A DNA stretch of 63,662 bases, filler included. It is 4 parts of 4 records of this genome, joined end to end, with 100 filler letters (N's around TTAATTAATTAA, not from the genome) between each part and the next. Parts side by side here need not be neighbours in the genome. Positions count along the whole stretch, not along the records: positions 41,263 to 51,920 come from SRR31156797_590; positions 52,021 to 63,662 come from SRR31156797_612; 2 more parts are not named here. The stretch is one strand, 5' to 3'. This document shows, in pieces, positions 47,965 to 57,785 of the stretch. Numbering within the stretch: position 1 is the stretch's first letter; each line of letters starts with the position of its first letter. A program made the position numbers and the translations under genes. A model generated the notes under the pieces. It was given only the letters and a program-made list of their open reading frames with translations, did not search any database and had not been told where the DNA came from.

Positions 47965-48062
47965 TTAATTATCATGAGTTATATGTTGTAAGTTGCATAT
48001 AATGTTTCAAAAGAGCTTCGACTTCAAATTGTCGAAGACTTTGAGGAAATAAGGAGAAGAAA

Positions 48063-48926
48063 ATGAGAAAAATATTATTACTATTATTTGTATTTGTAAC
48101 ATGTACTATTGCACTTAAAGCACAAACTGTTAAGTATGTTAAACCCAGTTCAAAACAAGATTCTAGAAATATTTATTTTATTGAAATGCTTGAATTAGCT
48201 CTTAAGAAGAGTGAAGACAAGTATGGAGCTTATAACTTGCAGGGGATCGAACATGAAATGGTTCAATCTAGAATTATTAGAGAAATATCAAAAGGAAAAT
48301 TTGATATAGTTTGGTCAATGACTTCTGCAGAGAGAGAAAGGGATCTTTTACCGGTAAGAGTTCCTTTATTAAAAGGTTTATTAGGACATCGAATTTTCAT
48401 AATAAATAAAGGTGATGAAGCTAAATTTGCAAATGTAAATTCATTAGATGAGCTTAAAAAACTGAGAGCGGGTCAAGGTCATGATTGGCCGGACACTGCA
48501 ATACTTAAATCTAATGGAATGACAGTTATAGGTGCACCTAAATATGTTATTTTATTTAAAATGCTTACTGCTAACAGATTCGATTACTTCCCTAGAGGAG
48601 TTAATGAACCTTGGTCAGAAGTTAAAAACTTTGAAAAAGGAAAACTAAAAGTTGAAGAAACTTTATTAGTTAAATATCCTGCACCGAGCTATTTCTTTGT
48701 TAATAAAACAAATAGTGAATTAGCAGAAAGACTTGAATATGGATTAAATAAAGCACTTGATGATGGAAGTTTTGATAAGCTATTTTTAAATCATGAAAGT
48801 AATAAAGAGATATTTGAACTTGCGAATATAGAAGATAGAAAAATATTTAGTTTAGATAATCCTTTATTAACAGATGAAACTAAAAAAATTCTTAATGTAG
48901 ATAAGTACTGGTATAGAGTAAAGTAG
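48063..48926 (+). CDS. Type 2 periplasmic solute-binding protein
   Basis: Signal peptide; LKGLLGHR, GQGHDWPDT.IL, RFDYFPRG and YFFVN. Confidence 0.88.
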   Translation: MRKILLLLFVFVTCTIALKAQTVKYVKPSSKQDSRNIYFIEMLELALKKSEDKYGAYNLQGIEHEMVQSRIIREISKGKFDIVWSMTSAERERDLLPVRVPLLKGLLGHRIFIINKGDEAKFANVNSLDELKKLRAGQGHDWPDTAILKSNGMTVIGAPKYVILFKMLTANRFDYFPRGVNEPWSEVKNFEKGKLKVEETLLVKYPAPSYFFVNKTNSELAERLEYGLNKALDDGSFDKLFLNHESNKEIFELANIEDRKIFSLDNPLLTDETKKILNVDKYWYRVK

Positions 48927-48969
48927 AAAATATTAACTTATTTTTATCATAAAACCATATCCTTAGAAT

Positions 48970-49016
48970 AAAAAAGCTTCGGCCACATGATTAATAAAAA
49001 TGTGCCGGGCTTTTTT
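48970..49016. terminator. Terminator-like hairpin
   Basis: AAAAAAGCTTCGGCCACAT...ATGTGCCGGGCTTTTTT. Confidence 0.65.
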
Positions 49017-49038
49017 AGTTATTTAATATTTTCAAACT

Positions 49039-49068
49039 AAAAAAAGAGCAGAAATTTCTGCTCTTTTT
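49039..49068. terminator. Bidirectional terminator
   Basis: AAAAAGAGCAGAAA-T-TTCTGCTCTTTTT. Confidence 0.8.
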
Positions 49069-49089
49069 AAATACTATATTTTTAGTTAA

Positions 49090-49848
49090 TTATTTTAATC
49101 CTTCTTCGTTAAGCTCAACGTCGAATTTTGATTTTAAATCTTCAACTTTAGTTGAGTAAATTTCACTTTGTTTTTCTCTCATTATAGCTTGTTTGATTTC
49201 AGATTCAACTTCTTCGTATGTTTTTTCAGCACCTTCAGTTTTCTTATCTGTTACGATGATGTGGTATCCGAATTGAGTTTGAACTAATCCGCTCATTTCA
49301 CCTTCGTTTAAGTTAAATGCAGCTTCTTCGAATTCAGGAACCATTCTTCCTCTACCGAAAGAACCAAGGTCTCCTCCTCTTTCTTTTGAAGGGCAAGTAG
49401 AGTATTTTTGAGCAGCTTCAGCGAAATCTAATCCTTCTTCGATAGCTTTTAATACTTCGTTTCCTTCTTCTTCACTTTTAACTAAAATGTGTCTAGCGCT
49501 AACTTCAGCTTCAGCAGAGAATTGTGCTTTGTTTTCAGTATAGTATGCTTTTTGCTCATCTTCAGAAATTTGAATGTTTGAGATTAATTTTTGGATTGCA
49601 AATCTTTGAAGTAAGTTTCTTTTAGCTTCTTCGATCATGTTTACGAACTCTTCGTCTGTATCAAGACCATTTTCCATAGCATCTAGGTAAAATAATTCTC
49701 CAGCTACCATTTCGTCTAATAATCTTTTTCTTCCTTCTGGAGAAGAAACTTGCATTGCTTGTTGAGGTGGAAGTGATTGAATAATTTCTCCCATTTTTTC
49801 TTTTGTAATTTCAATATCGCCAACTTTTGCTAAGATATTTTCGTTCAT
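49090..49848 (-). CDS. Parvulin (PpiC-type) peptidyl-prolyl isomerase
   Basis: SARHILV, YSTCPSKERGGDLG.F.RG.MVPEFE and TQFGYHII; no signal peptide. Confidence 0.94.
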   Translation of the reverse strand: MNENILAKVGDIEITKEKMGEIIQSLPPQQAMQVSSPEGRKRLLDEMVAGELFYLDAMENGLDTDEEFVNMIEEAKRNLLQRFAIQKLISNIQISEDEQKAYYTENKAQFSAEAEVSARHILVKSEEEGNEVLKAIEEGLDFAEAAQKYSTCPSKERGGDLGSFGRGRMVPEFEEAAFNLNEGEMSGLVQTQFGYHIIVTDKKTEGAEKTYEEVESEIKQAIMREKQSEIYSTKVEDLKSKFDVELNEEGLK

Positions 49849-49976
49849 TAAGTTCTTCCTTTCGTTGCAGAGTTTATCTGCTTAATTAATATAATTTGTA
49901 AATATACTTTTACTCCTAAAAGCATAACATTTTAACTGTTCAATGTCAATAGTTTCAGGCTAATATGAAGCCTAAG

Positions 49977-50714
49977 CTAAAAATATTTGTTGTATATTTT
50001 TTGATACTCTTCTGTTGTTTTAAATTTTTTTAGATTATTGGAAAATTCATCTACAAATTCTTCAGAAACGGTTTTTTTGCTAAAAAAGCAAAAGATAGGA
50101 GCTGATGAAACAGGAGTCTCAACAATTGGTACGATATCATCCTTTAATCCTAGTTGCTTTAGTTTACTAAGTCCCACAGCAACCTCTATACAAACATAAT
50201 CAAGTCTTTCAGCCATTAATTTTCTAAAATTAACTTCGTCACTTGAAACAGTTTCGTAATTCTGGTTTTTTTCTAAAAAATTCCAGAAATCATCGTGATA
50301 AGAATAACTAGAAACAACTCCAAATCTTTTATCTTTTAATTCATAAAAAGAATTGAATTTTAGTTCTTCTAATCTACTTTTTTTAACGAATAAAACCCAT
50401 TTAGAATCAATAATAGTTTCATCCGGATAATGATATAGTTTAGCTCTTTCCTCAGTATAGATTCCGCTATATAGCATATCTCCCGAGCCGTTTCTTAAAT
50501 ACAGCAGTCCTCTTGCCCAAGATGTAATAAAAGGATCTTCATAGTTAACTTTCATACTATTTAGAACTCCAACAACTACTTCAGTTGAGAAACCGCTAAC
50601 TTTCCCTCTTAAATTATATTCATACGGGAACCACTCATCAGTATAAATTTTAAGTGGTTTAGCACAGAATACAAAATTGAAAAGAACAAAAAATACTAAA
50701 ATAAGATTTTTCAT
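49977..50714 (-). CDS. Family 3-like solute-binding protein
   Basis: Signal peptide, WFPYEY, SWARG, TEERA and KFKTTEEYQKIYNKY. Start at ATG 50714 after GGGAGG. Confidence 0.88.
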   Translation of the reverse strand: MKNLILVFFVLFNFVFCAKPLKIYTDEWFPYEYNLRGKVSGFSTEVVVGVLNSMKVNYEDPFITSWARGLLYLRNGSGDMLYSGIYTEERAKLYHYPDETIIDSKWVLFVKKSRLEELKFNSFYELKDKRFGVVSSYSYHDDFWNFLEKNQNYETVSSDEVNFRKLMAERLDYVCIEVAVGLSKLKQLGLKDDIVPIVETPVSSAPIFCFFSKKTVSEEFVDEFSNNLKKFKTTEEYQKIYNKYF

Positions 50715-50872
50715 TATTTCCCTCCCCTTGTTACTTAACGACAAATATAAAGAATTATACTTTATTTTATATAAAATTCAAAGAAAAATATAAAATAAAT
50801 TGACTAAAATTAAAAAACAACAAAAATTAGAATAAAAAAACTCTCTTAAATCAAATTAAGAGAGTAGAATTG

Positions 50873-51829
50873 TTATATTTTATTTTCACTTTTTAGGCTA
50901 TTTAGAATTACATTTCTAATATCTCTGTTTTCTCGAGAAAGTTCACCTATTAGAAGTTTCATTTTTAGTCTTTTAGAATCATCACTTGTTTCATATGGAC
51001 ATTCTGATTTTAAAATAGGTAAAGCAATTTTTTTAGCATATTTAATAATCGATTTTTCCTCAACATATGCAAGTGGCCTGATAACAGTTACACCATAATC
51101 CTCTGAGACATATGATGCTCTCATAGAGTTTAAGTTCCCCTGATAAAACATATTCATTAGATAAGTTTCGATGATATCATCTTTGTGGTGACCGAGAGCT
51201 AGTTTATTTATATTTTGCTCCTTCATAGTTCTATATAGTATTCCTCTTCTGATTCTTCCGCAAAGGAAACAAGGATTTTTAACCTTTTTATCTTCACTAA
51301 ACAGAATTTTTTCAAGGTCAGTCTCAATAATTTGAAGTTCTAAACCAAGGCTTTTTGTATAAGCAATTATACTATCACAGTTCGAACTATCAGTATTCGG
51401 ATGTATATGGATAGGAATAATTTCAAATTCAAAACCGCAAATTTTTCTAACTCTTGTAAGTAAATTTAGCAGAGTTAAGCTATCTTTTCCACCTGATATT
51501 CCTACTGCAATTCTATCACCGGCTTCTATCATTTTGAAGTCATGCATAGCTTTACCAGCTGCACTCCAAAGAGTTTTATTAAAACCTTTAGATTGAATAT
51601 ACTCTAAAATTTCTCTGTCGCTTAAATTTTTTAATTTAACTTTAAACTCACAAATTTTTTCTATTTTTTTTAGTATTTTTAGTCTTCCTAATTTTGTTGT
51701 GTCAAATGAATAAGTAAGTCCTTCACTACTGTTTTTTATTGTTAAAATATTTTCTTCATAATTGAAATTATAATTTTGAAAATTCAAATCATTAAAATCA
51801 TCAAAACTGTTTATATAAATAGTTTTCAT
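50873..51829 (-). CDS. ttcA: tRNA 2-thiocytidine biosynthesis protein, TtcA family
   Basis: PP-loop ISGGKDS, PCFLCGRIRRG, LGHHKDD, IRPL and CPY. Confidence 0.88.
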   Translation of the reverse strand: MKTIYINSFDDFNDLNFQNYNFNYEENILTIKNSSEGLTYSFDTTKLGRLKILKKIEKICEFKVKLKNLSDREILEYIQSKGFNKTLWSAAGKAMHDFKMIEAGDRIAVGISGGKDSLTLLNLLTRVRKICGFEFEIIPIHIHPNTDSSNCDSIIAYTKSLGLELQIIETDLEKILFSEDKKVKNPCFLCGRIRRGILYRTMKEQNINKLALGHHKDDIIETYLMNMFYQGNLNSMRASYVSEDYGVTVIRPLAYVEEKSIIKYAKKIALPILKSECPYETSDDSKRLKMKLLIGELSRENRDIRNVILNSLKSENKI

Positions 51830-51920
51830 AGGTGCTCCTTTAAATTTATTAAATTGAAAAACTCTATATATTTTTTTAAGTCAAAATAATTCAATTTGAC
51901 TTAGTTCTAAAAAATATTCT

Positions 51921-52020
51921 NNNNNNNNNNNNNNNNNNNNNNNNNNNNNNNNNNNNNNNNNNNNTTAATTAATTAANNNNNNNNNNNNNNNNNNNNNNNN
52001 NNNNNNNNNNNNNNNNNNNN
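51921..52020. other. Artificial contig spacer
   Basis: 44 N + TTAATTAATTAA + 44 N. Confidence 0.99.
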
Positions 52021-52289
52021 AAAAATTACGACTTCCGGAGGCTAGTGACAAAATTTAAAAATATCTCTCCAATTATCTTTTAATATAAACTAATTGACGC
52101 ACTTAAAAGTGGCATAAGTATCACGTATATAGGTTCGTATGATAAATTAAGTTTTCTGTTTTCTATCTGTTGTAAAAAATACAATTAAGTGTTGATTTTA
52201 TACAACTAACGTTAATCTAAGTTAAATACCTTTCATAAGAATTCACAACTCCTAAAAAGGAGATATTTTAACTTTTAACTAATTGTTAT

Positions 52290-55001
52290 ATGAAAAACAG
52301 AACTTTACACTTTTTATTGGCTTTTTTTGCTGTGTTTGGCGCAGTAGGAATGAATGCCCAATCAGATGTTACTAGTACGTATTTAACGAATGCCAGTTTT
52401 GATACTGATGCTAATTACCTCTTTGATGCTACTGCTTCTTCTTTAGCAACTGCTTCAGATGGATCAACAGTGCTTGCCGTTACAGGCTGGACACAAGTAC
52501 AAACGGGAGGTTATAATGCTGCGGCCTCTTTTGAGTATGGATATGCAGGAGATATTAACGGTGCAACTATTCCAACAACAGGCCCAAACGGTGAAAGTGG
52601 TACAGGAGAAGGTTGTATTGGTTTTAGTCAGTCATGGGGTGGTAAAACAGAGTATTATCAAACCGCAACATTACCTGCAGGAAGCTATACGTTAACGTAT
52701 ACTTATTATAATATGAACACAGCAACACTTGGGTCAAGTTTAGCTGGATGGGTTCCTGATGCTGGTGATGCCACTTTATCCTCTGTTACTAGTTTTGTTA
52801 GTGGGGAATGGACAACGGATCAGGTTGATTTCTTGGTCACTGCAGAATCTACAGGTAAAATTCAAATCGGAGTTCAGTCTCCAGGTTCAGGTTCAGGTTC
52901 TAACGCAAAAGTTTTTTTTGATGATGTAGCCTTGGAATACACGGCTCCAGCTTTAAGTTTAGATGCTACATTATCTAATTTAACAGCTTCTACAGGTACA
53001 CTTTCTCCGGCATTTGCTTCAGATGTATATGAATATTCTTTACAATTAGATGAAGGAACAACAGAAGTCGTTCTTACAGCTACTGAAAATGATGCAAGTG
53101 CAAGTGCTTCAGGTGATGGAACAATTGCATTTACAGATGATCAAATTGTGAATATTTTAGTAACTGCAGAGGCAGGAAATACGCAAACATATCAAGTGAA
53201 AATTAAAGATGATATCTTATTTAACGAAAGCTTTGATATTGATCCTAATTATTTAGTAGCTTCATCAGATAACCTTGGGCCTGCAAACAATGGTTCTGCA
53301 AACCTTTCAGTTACAGGATGGGATCTTGATGTAAACGAATATTCTACTTCAGCTACTTTTGAATATGGTACTTCAGCTACAATGAATGGAAAAGCGGTTC
53401 CTGCTGTTGATGCAGATGGTGGTTCTACCGGAGCAGCACTTGGTATTATGGCTTCATGGAGTGCATATATTAAATATTCTCAGGAAGTAACATTATCTGC
53501 AGGAACATATACTTTAAGTTATAAAGTGTACAATGCCAATACTGCTGGTTCAGTTGGTAAATCATTAGCTGGTTGGATTCCCGATGCAGGTACAGCTTCC
53601 ATGTCTGCGTTAGATGGTTCATTTACTGCAGAAACATGGATTTCAGATGAGGTTGTTTTTGTATTAGATGCAGAAACTTCTGGTATAATTCAAATAGGTA
53701 TGGAAGCTACTGCTCATAACGGACCTGATGATAAAGCACATGTGTTTTTCGATCATATTCAACTAACTAAATTGGATGAGAGTGCCATTGCTACTTTATC
53801 AGATATTACTATTTCTGATGGAGCATTAATTCCAGTTTTTGAAGCAAATACAACTTCTTATGTGGCAAGTGTAGCAAGTGGTGCAACATCGGTAAATATA
53901 AATGCAACAAGAAGTGCCAGCGTAGCATCATTTACAATTAATGGTACAGAAGGTACCGACGGTGTTGATGTTGAGGTGCCAATTACCGATGGATTGGGAA
54001 CAGCTACAATTGTAGTAACCTCGCAAGATGATAGTAATGAAAAAACGTATACAATAGCTTTCAAAGAAGAGTGTTTTTCTCCATTATACCCGGAAAAAAC
54101 TAATTTAATCACTGATCCTGAGATGACAGATATTAGCAACTTCGGAGGTTGGGGTACGAAATCGATCAATACAGATTTTGACTATACCTATTGTGGTGCA
54201 ACAAGTGGTTTAATTGGTGCTGGATCAATTGATGCAGCTGTTGGTTTGTTACAATCGAATACTACTTACAAAGTAAAAGCAATGGTATATGCTGCAACTA
54301 CTGATGCAAGAATTGGTGTTTATGCCTACGGAGATGGAAACCCAGGCGATATTAATACTTATGCCACTGTTGCTGGAGAATGGGCTCCAATCGAATTTGT
54401 TTTTACTACTTTGGAGAATCCTACAGGAGGACTTTTCTTTAATAACTCTGCAGGTTCTTATATTGATAACTGGGAACTTTACGAAGTTGATAATGATATG
54501 ACCTTATCTTCATTAACAGTTAGTACTGGAACTTTAAGTGAAGATTTTGATCCTGCAGTTACTACTTATGATTTAGTTGTTGCGCAGGGAACAGACGAAG
54601 TTACTTTTACTGGTGTTGCAAATAGTGCTACTTCCAGTGTAACAGGTGATGGTGTAATAACATTAACTGATGGAAGTGGAACTGCAGAAGTAGTTGTAAC
54701 TGCAGAGAGTGGAAATTCTCAAACCTACACTATTAATATTGTAAGTAACTCTACTGCAATTGTAGATGCAGAAAGTGCTATTGCTAAAGTTTACCCAACA
54801 GTATCAACAGGTGATGTAACAGTTGAGTTTGCTGATGCTCCAAAAGCAATTACAGTTTACAGCTTAACAGGAAGTGTTGTTAAACAAATTCCTAATCCTT
54901 CAGTAAAAGAAGTTGTTTCTATTCAGGGTTCAGGTATTTATTTAATTAAAGTAGAAAGTGAAACTAATACTGAATTAGTAAAAGTGGTAATAGGTAAATA
55001 G
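52290..55001 (+). CDS. T9SS type A cargo protein with duplicated CBM-like domains and three cadherin-like beta-sandwich domains
   Basis: Signal peptide (MNA|Q); two copies of a ~190-aa module; three (DA)TLS.LT...L.P.F....Y...VTAE....TY modules; C-terminal sorting domain KVYP...G.Y..KV...KVVIGK. Confidence 0.88.
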   Translation: MKNRTLHFLLAFFAVFGAVGMNAQSDVTSTYLTNASFDTDANYLFDATASSLATASDGSTVLAVTGWTQVQTGGYNAAASFEYGYAGDINGATIPTTGPNGESGTGEGCIGFSQSWGGKTEYYQTATLPAGSYTLTYTYYNMNTATLGSSLAGWVPDAGDATLSSVTSFVSGEWTTDQVDFLVTAESTGKIQIGVQSPGSGSGSNAKVFFDDVALEYTAPALSLDATLSNLTASTGTLSPAFASDVYEYSLQLDEGTTEVVLTATENDASASASGDGTIAFTDDQIVNILVTAEAGNTQTYQVKIKDDILFNESFDIDPNYLVASSDNLGPANNGSANLSVTGWDLDVNEYSTSATFEYGTSATMNGKAVPAVDADGGSTGAALGIMASWSAYIKYSQEVTLSAGTYTLSYKVYNANTAGSVGKSLAGWIPDAGTASMSALDGSFTAETWISDEVVFVLDAETSGIIQIGMEATAHNGPDDKAHVFFDHIQLTKLDESAIATLSDITISDGALIPVFEANTTSYVASVASGATSVNINATRSASVASFTINGTEGTDGVDVEVPITDGLGTATIVVTSQDDSNEKTYTIAFKEECFSPLYPEKTNLITDPEMTDISNFGGWGTKSINTDFDYTYCGATSGLIGAGSIDAAVGLLQSNTTYKVKAMVYAATTDARIGVYAYGDGNPGDINTYATVAGEWAPIEFVFTTLENPTGGLFFNNSAGSYIDNWELYEVDNDMTLSSLTVSTGTLSEDFDPAVTTYDLVVAQGTDEVTFTGVANSATSSVTGDGVITLTDGSGTAEVVVTAESGNSQTYTINIVSNSTAIVDAESAIAKVYPTVSTGDVTVEFADAPKAITVYSLTGSVVKQIPNPSVKEVVSIQGSGIYLIKVESETNTELVKVVIGK

Positions 55002-55026
55002 CTATTATACATTAATTGATTGTTGT

Positions 55027-55056
55027 AGGCTACCCGAAACCGGGTAGCCTTTTTTT
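55027..55056 (+). terminator. Rho-independent terminator
   Basis: AGGCTACCCG-AAAC-CGGGTAGCCT followed by a T-tract. Confidence 0.92.
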
Positions 55057-55396
55057 GTACTCAAGAACTATATTTTTACCTTTTGTAAACATTGTTTGTG
55101 TACAATATTCCATTTAGTTACAGTTTCTTAATGAAAAAATCCGTAAAATATTTGTAAAAATTCAACAGCTATAGCGTTGTAAAAAGTGGATTGGTGTGAT
55201 GTAAGAATTCGTATATCAGAGATATACACTTATTTAAGGCTGACGCTGTAATGTAAAGTGTAAATAATATGATAATAGAATATTGTGATATAAAAAATAA
55301 ATAACAATTGTTAATGGAAGTTAAATATTGAAGTGTTATTTTTAAAGTGAAAATTTAAAACTCTGTAAATATTATTTAACCGTTAACAATTATTTT

Positions 55397-56842
55397 ATGA
55401 AAAGAAGAACTTTACTTTTTTTATCAATGGTAGTTTCATTATTAGGAACTATTTCTTTAAGTGCCCAAACTTGGGATGCTCCAAGTTTAAATTCAGAAGA
55501 TCCAGTATCAGGAACAGCTTATTACATTTATAATCTTGGTTCTGAAGGTTTCCTTAATCAAGGAGCTAGCTGGGGTACGCAAGCAGCTGTTTCTCCAACA
55601 CCAAGAGCTAATGCGTCAACATCAATTATTTCATGGACGGCTGTAAATACAGAGGCTTCACTATGGTCATTTCAAACAACTAAAGATGGTGCACTTCAGG
55701 ATAACGATTTTGTAACATATTTAGATGACGCTGGTGGGACAATATATACCGACCAAGGTATTGGTTGGGGTGGAAATAGCTGGACATTAGCTGAAGTTGA
55801 TGAGGTTAATAATATTTATACATTCCAAGTTCTTGATACTTGTTCATATTATGATGCATCTGCATATATGGGTTCTGAATTAGCAACAGAAACAGGTAAC
55901 AGAGGTATTGGAAACCCTGTAAAATGGAACAGAACTGCTGATGATGATTATATCAGATGGATTTTTGTTTCAGCAGCTAGTTATGAGCTTTATTTGGCTA
56001 AAGTTGAATTAGATAAGTATATGACTTATGCCTTCATGCTTGGTGAAATTGATTTGACAACGTATATAGCTACATATGAAGCTGATATAACAGCCGATAT
56101 TATTACAGCTACGGATAATTTAATTGCTGAATTAGCCGCAACTGATGTAAGTGCTTCCATTGCTAATGCAAGCTTTGAAACTAATGACTTTACTGACTGG
56201 ACAAATGATGGATTAGCTACTCAAGGCAATGATCCAAATCAAGGTTGGATAAAAGACGGAACATATTATGCAGAAAGATGGGTTAGCTCTTCTTCAAACC
56301 TACCTGCATCTTCATTATCACAAGACTTATCAGGTCTTGACAATGGTATTTATCAACTTGTAGTTAATGGACATGCTGTTCAGCAAGGTGGTTCAAATCC
56401 TATGAATACTGGTGCGTTTATTATTTGTGGAGGATCATCTACAGAAATTGGAGCTGGAGCTGAATATACAGTAGATTTCGTGGAGGTTACAGACGGAACT
56501 TTAACAGTTGGCTATGTATTAGAAGGTGATATTGCTTGTAACTGGTCAGGAATCGATAATTTCAGATTATTTTATTATGCTCCTAGTGGAACGACAGATG
56601 CTGAGATGGTTGAGGAAACTACGGCTAAAGTTTACCCTACTGTTTCAACAGGTGAAGTAACAGTAGAGTTTGCAGATACGCCTAAGGCAATTACAGTATA
56701 TAGCCTAACAGGTAGTATTGTAAAACAAATTGCTAATCCATCAGTGAAGGAAGTAGTTTCAATAGATGGAAATGGTGTTTATATGGTAAAAGTTGAAAGC
56801 CAAACATCATCGCAATTAGTTAAAGTAATTATTGCGCAATAA
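55397..56842 (+). CDS. T9SS type A cargo protein (lectin/CBM-like domains)
   Basis: Signal peptide (LSA|Q); YYIYN....FL..GASWGTQA, NASFE and DNFRLFY; C-terminal sorting domain. Confidence 0.86.
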   Translation: MKRRTLLFLSMVVSLLGTISLSAQTWDAPSLNSEDPVSGTAYYIYNLGSEGFLNQGASWGTQAAVSPTPRANASTSIISWTAVNTEASLWSFQTTKDGALQDNDFVTYLDDAGGTIYTDQGIGWGGNSWTLAEVDEVNNIYTFQVLDTCSYYDASAYMGSELATETGNRGIGNPVKWNRTADDDYIRWIFVSAASYELYLAKVELDKYMTYAFMLGEIDLTTYIATYEADITADIITATDNLIAELAATDVSASIANASFETNDFTDWTNDGLATQGNDPNQGWIKDGTYYAERWVSSSSNLPASSLSQDLSGLDNGIYQLVVNGHAVQQGGSNPMNTGAFIICGGSSTEIGAGAEYTVDFVEVTDGTLTVGYVLEGDIACNWSGIDNFRLFYYAPSGTTDAEMVEETTAKVYPTVSTGEVTVEFADTPKAITVYSLTGSIVKQIANPSVKEVVSIDGNGVYMVKVESQTSSQLVKVIIAQ

Positions 56843-56866
56843 GAGCAATTCTATATTAGATTAATG

Positions 56867-56895
56867 AAGGCTGCCCAATTTGGGTGGCCTTTTTT
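56867..56895 (+). terminator. Rho-independent terminator
   Basis: AAGGCTGCCCA-ATT-TGGGTGGCCTT followed by a T-tract. Confidence 0.88.
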
Positions 56896-56949
56896 ATTTT
56901 TTAAGTTGTCTAGTCCTGAAATAGCGTTACATAACAAAAGGTAATGCTA

Positions 56950-57014
56950 TGAAAAAATGTCATTTTAATCTGAAAAAATGTCTCATATAATGCTGGTGCA
57001 CAGACGATATGACA
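56950..57014. promoter_or_regulatory. Repeated enhancer/operator-like motifs upstream of Hsp20
   Basis: TGAAAAAATGTCA (56950), TGAAAAAATGTCT (56971, 21 bp later) and a weaker AGACGATATGACA (57002). Confidence 0.5.
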
Positions 57015-57103
57015 TGTATCTAAAGTTAGTTCCTTTTGTAAAAAAATCCTTTCTGCCCTAAAATCAATCACTTAGTTTAATGGCGATATTTTATAAATGA
57101 AAA

Positions 57104-57119
57104 TGGCATTTAGTTTGAA
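57104..57119 (+). promoter_or_regulatory. Sigma54-like -24/-12 promoter for Hsp20
   Basis: TGGCAT-N5-TTGAA with canonical spacing; -12 is GA instead of GC. Confidence 0.5.
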
Positions 57120-57174
57120 ATAATATAGTTGCAAGTGAAAATGAATGTTTAACTAAAATATGGAGGATTTAATC

Positions 57175-57627
57175 ATGACACTAGCTAAATTATCAAACAA
57201 CTGGTTTCCATCATTTCCTTCTGTTATTGACAGGTTTTTTGATGGTGAGTTAATGGACTGGAATAGTTCTAATTTTTCAAGCACAAACTCTACATTACCT
57301 GCAGTGAATGTAAAAGAAAACGAAAATGAGTATATAATTGATGTAGCTGCACCTGGCTTGAAAAAAGATGACTTTAAAGTAAATTATGACAATGGCCGTT
57401 TAACTATTTCTTCTGAAAAGAAAGTAGAGAATGAAGAAAAATCAGGAGACAAAGTTACTCGAAGAGAGTTCAGCTATCAATCGTTTCAACGGTCATTTAC
57501 TGTAGCAGAAACAGTAGTGAATGCTGATAAAATTGCAGCCAACTACGATAGTGGTATTCTTCACATTACTTTACCAAAACGTGAAGAAGTAAAGCCAAAG
57601 CCTGCTAAAATGATTTCTATTAAGTAA
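57175..57627 (+). CDS. Hsp20/alpha-crystallin small heat-shock protein
   Basis: PAVNVKE, AAPGLKKDDF, RREFSYQSFQRSF and A.Y..GIL.ITLPK. Start at MTLAK (57160 possible). Confidence 0.95.
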   Translation: MTLAKLSNNWFPSFPSVIDRFFDGELMDWNSSNFSSTNSTLPAVNVKENENEYIIDVAAPGLKKDDFKVNYDNGRLTISSEKKVENEEKSGDKVTRREFSYQSFQRSFTVAETVVNADKIAANYDSGILHITLPKREEVKPKPAKMISIK

Positions 57628-57635
57628 GGAGTAGT

Positions 57636-57662
57636 AAAAGGGCGGTTATTCTGCCCTTTTTT
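57636..57662 (+). terminator. Rho-independent terminator
   Basis: AAAAGGGCGG-TTATT-CTGCCCTTTT. Confidence 0.85.
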
Positions 57663-57730
57663 ATTAGTTATAAATGCTTTTTATCTGCAGATGTTAAAGT
57701 GTGGTTAAAATAGCGCTTATTTACAGAAAC

Positions 57731-57746
57731 AGGCATATATATTGCA
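57731..57746 (+). promoter_or_regulatory. Sigma54-like -24/-12 promoter
   Basis: AGGCAT-N5-TTGCA with GG/GC at canonical spacing. Confidence 0.55.
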
Positions 57747-57785
57747 TGCTTATTCTTATTGTTTAATCCTTAATACTTTTTTAAT

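Noticed and set aside
54783-56842. Duplicated C-terminal DNA as a diversity-generating retroelement TR/VR pair
   Set aside because: Both copies are coding, differences are mostly synonymous and not adenine-specific, and there is no reverse transcriptase.
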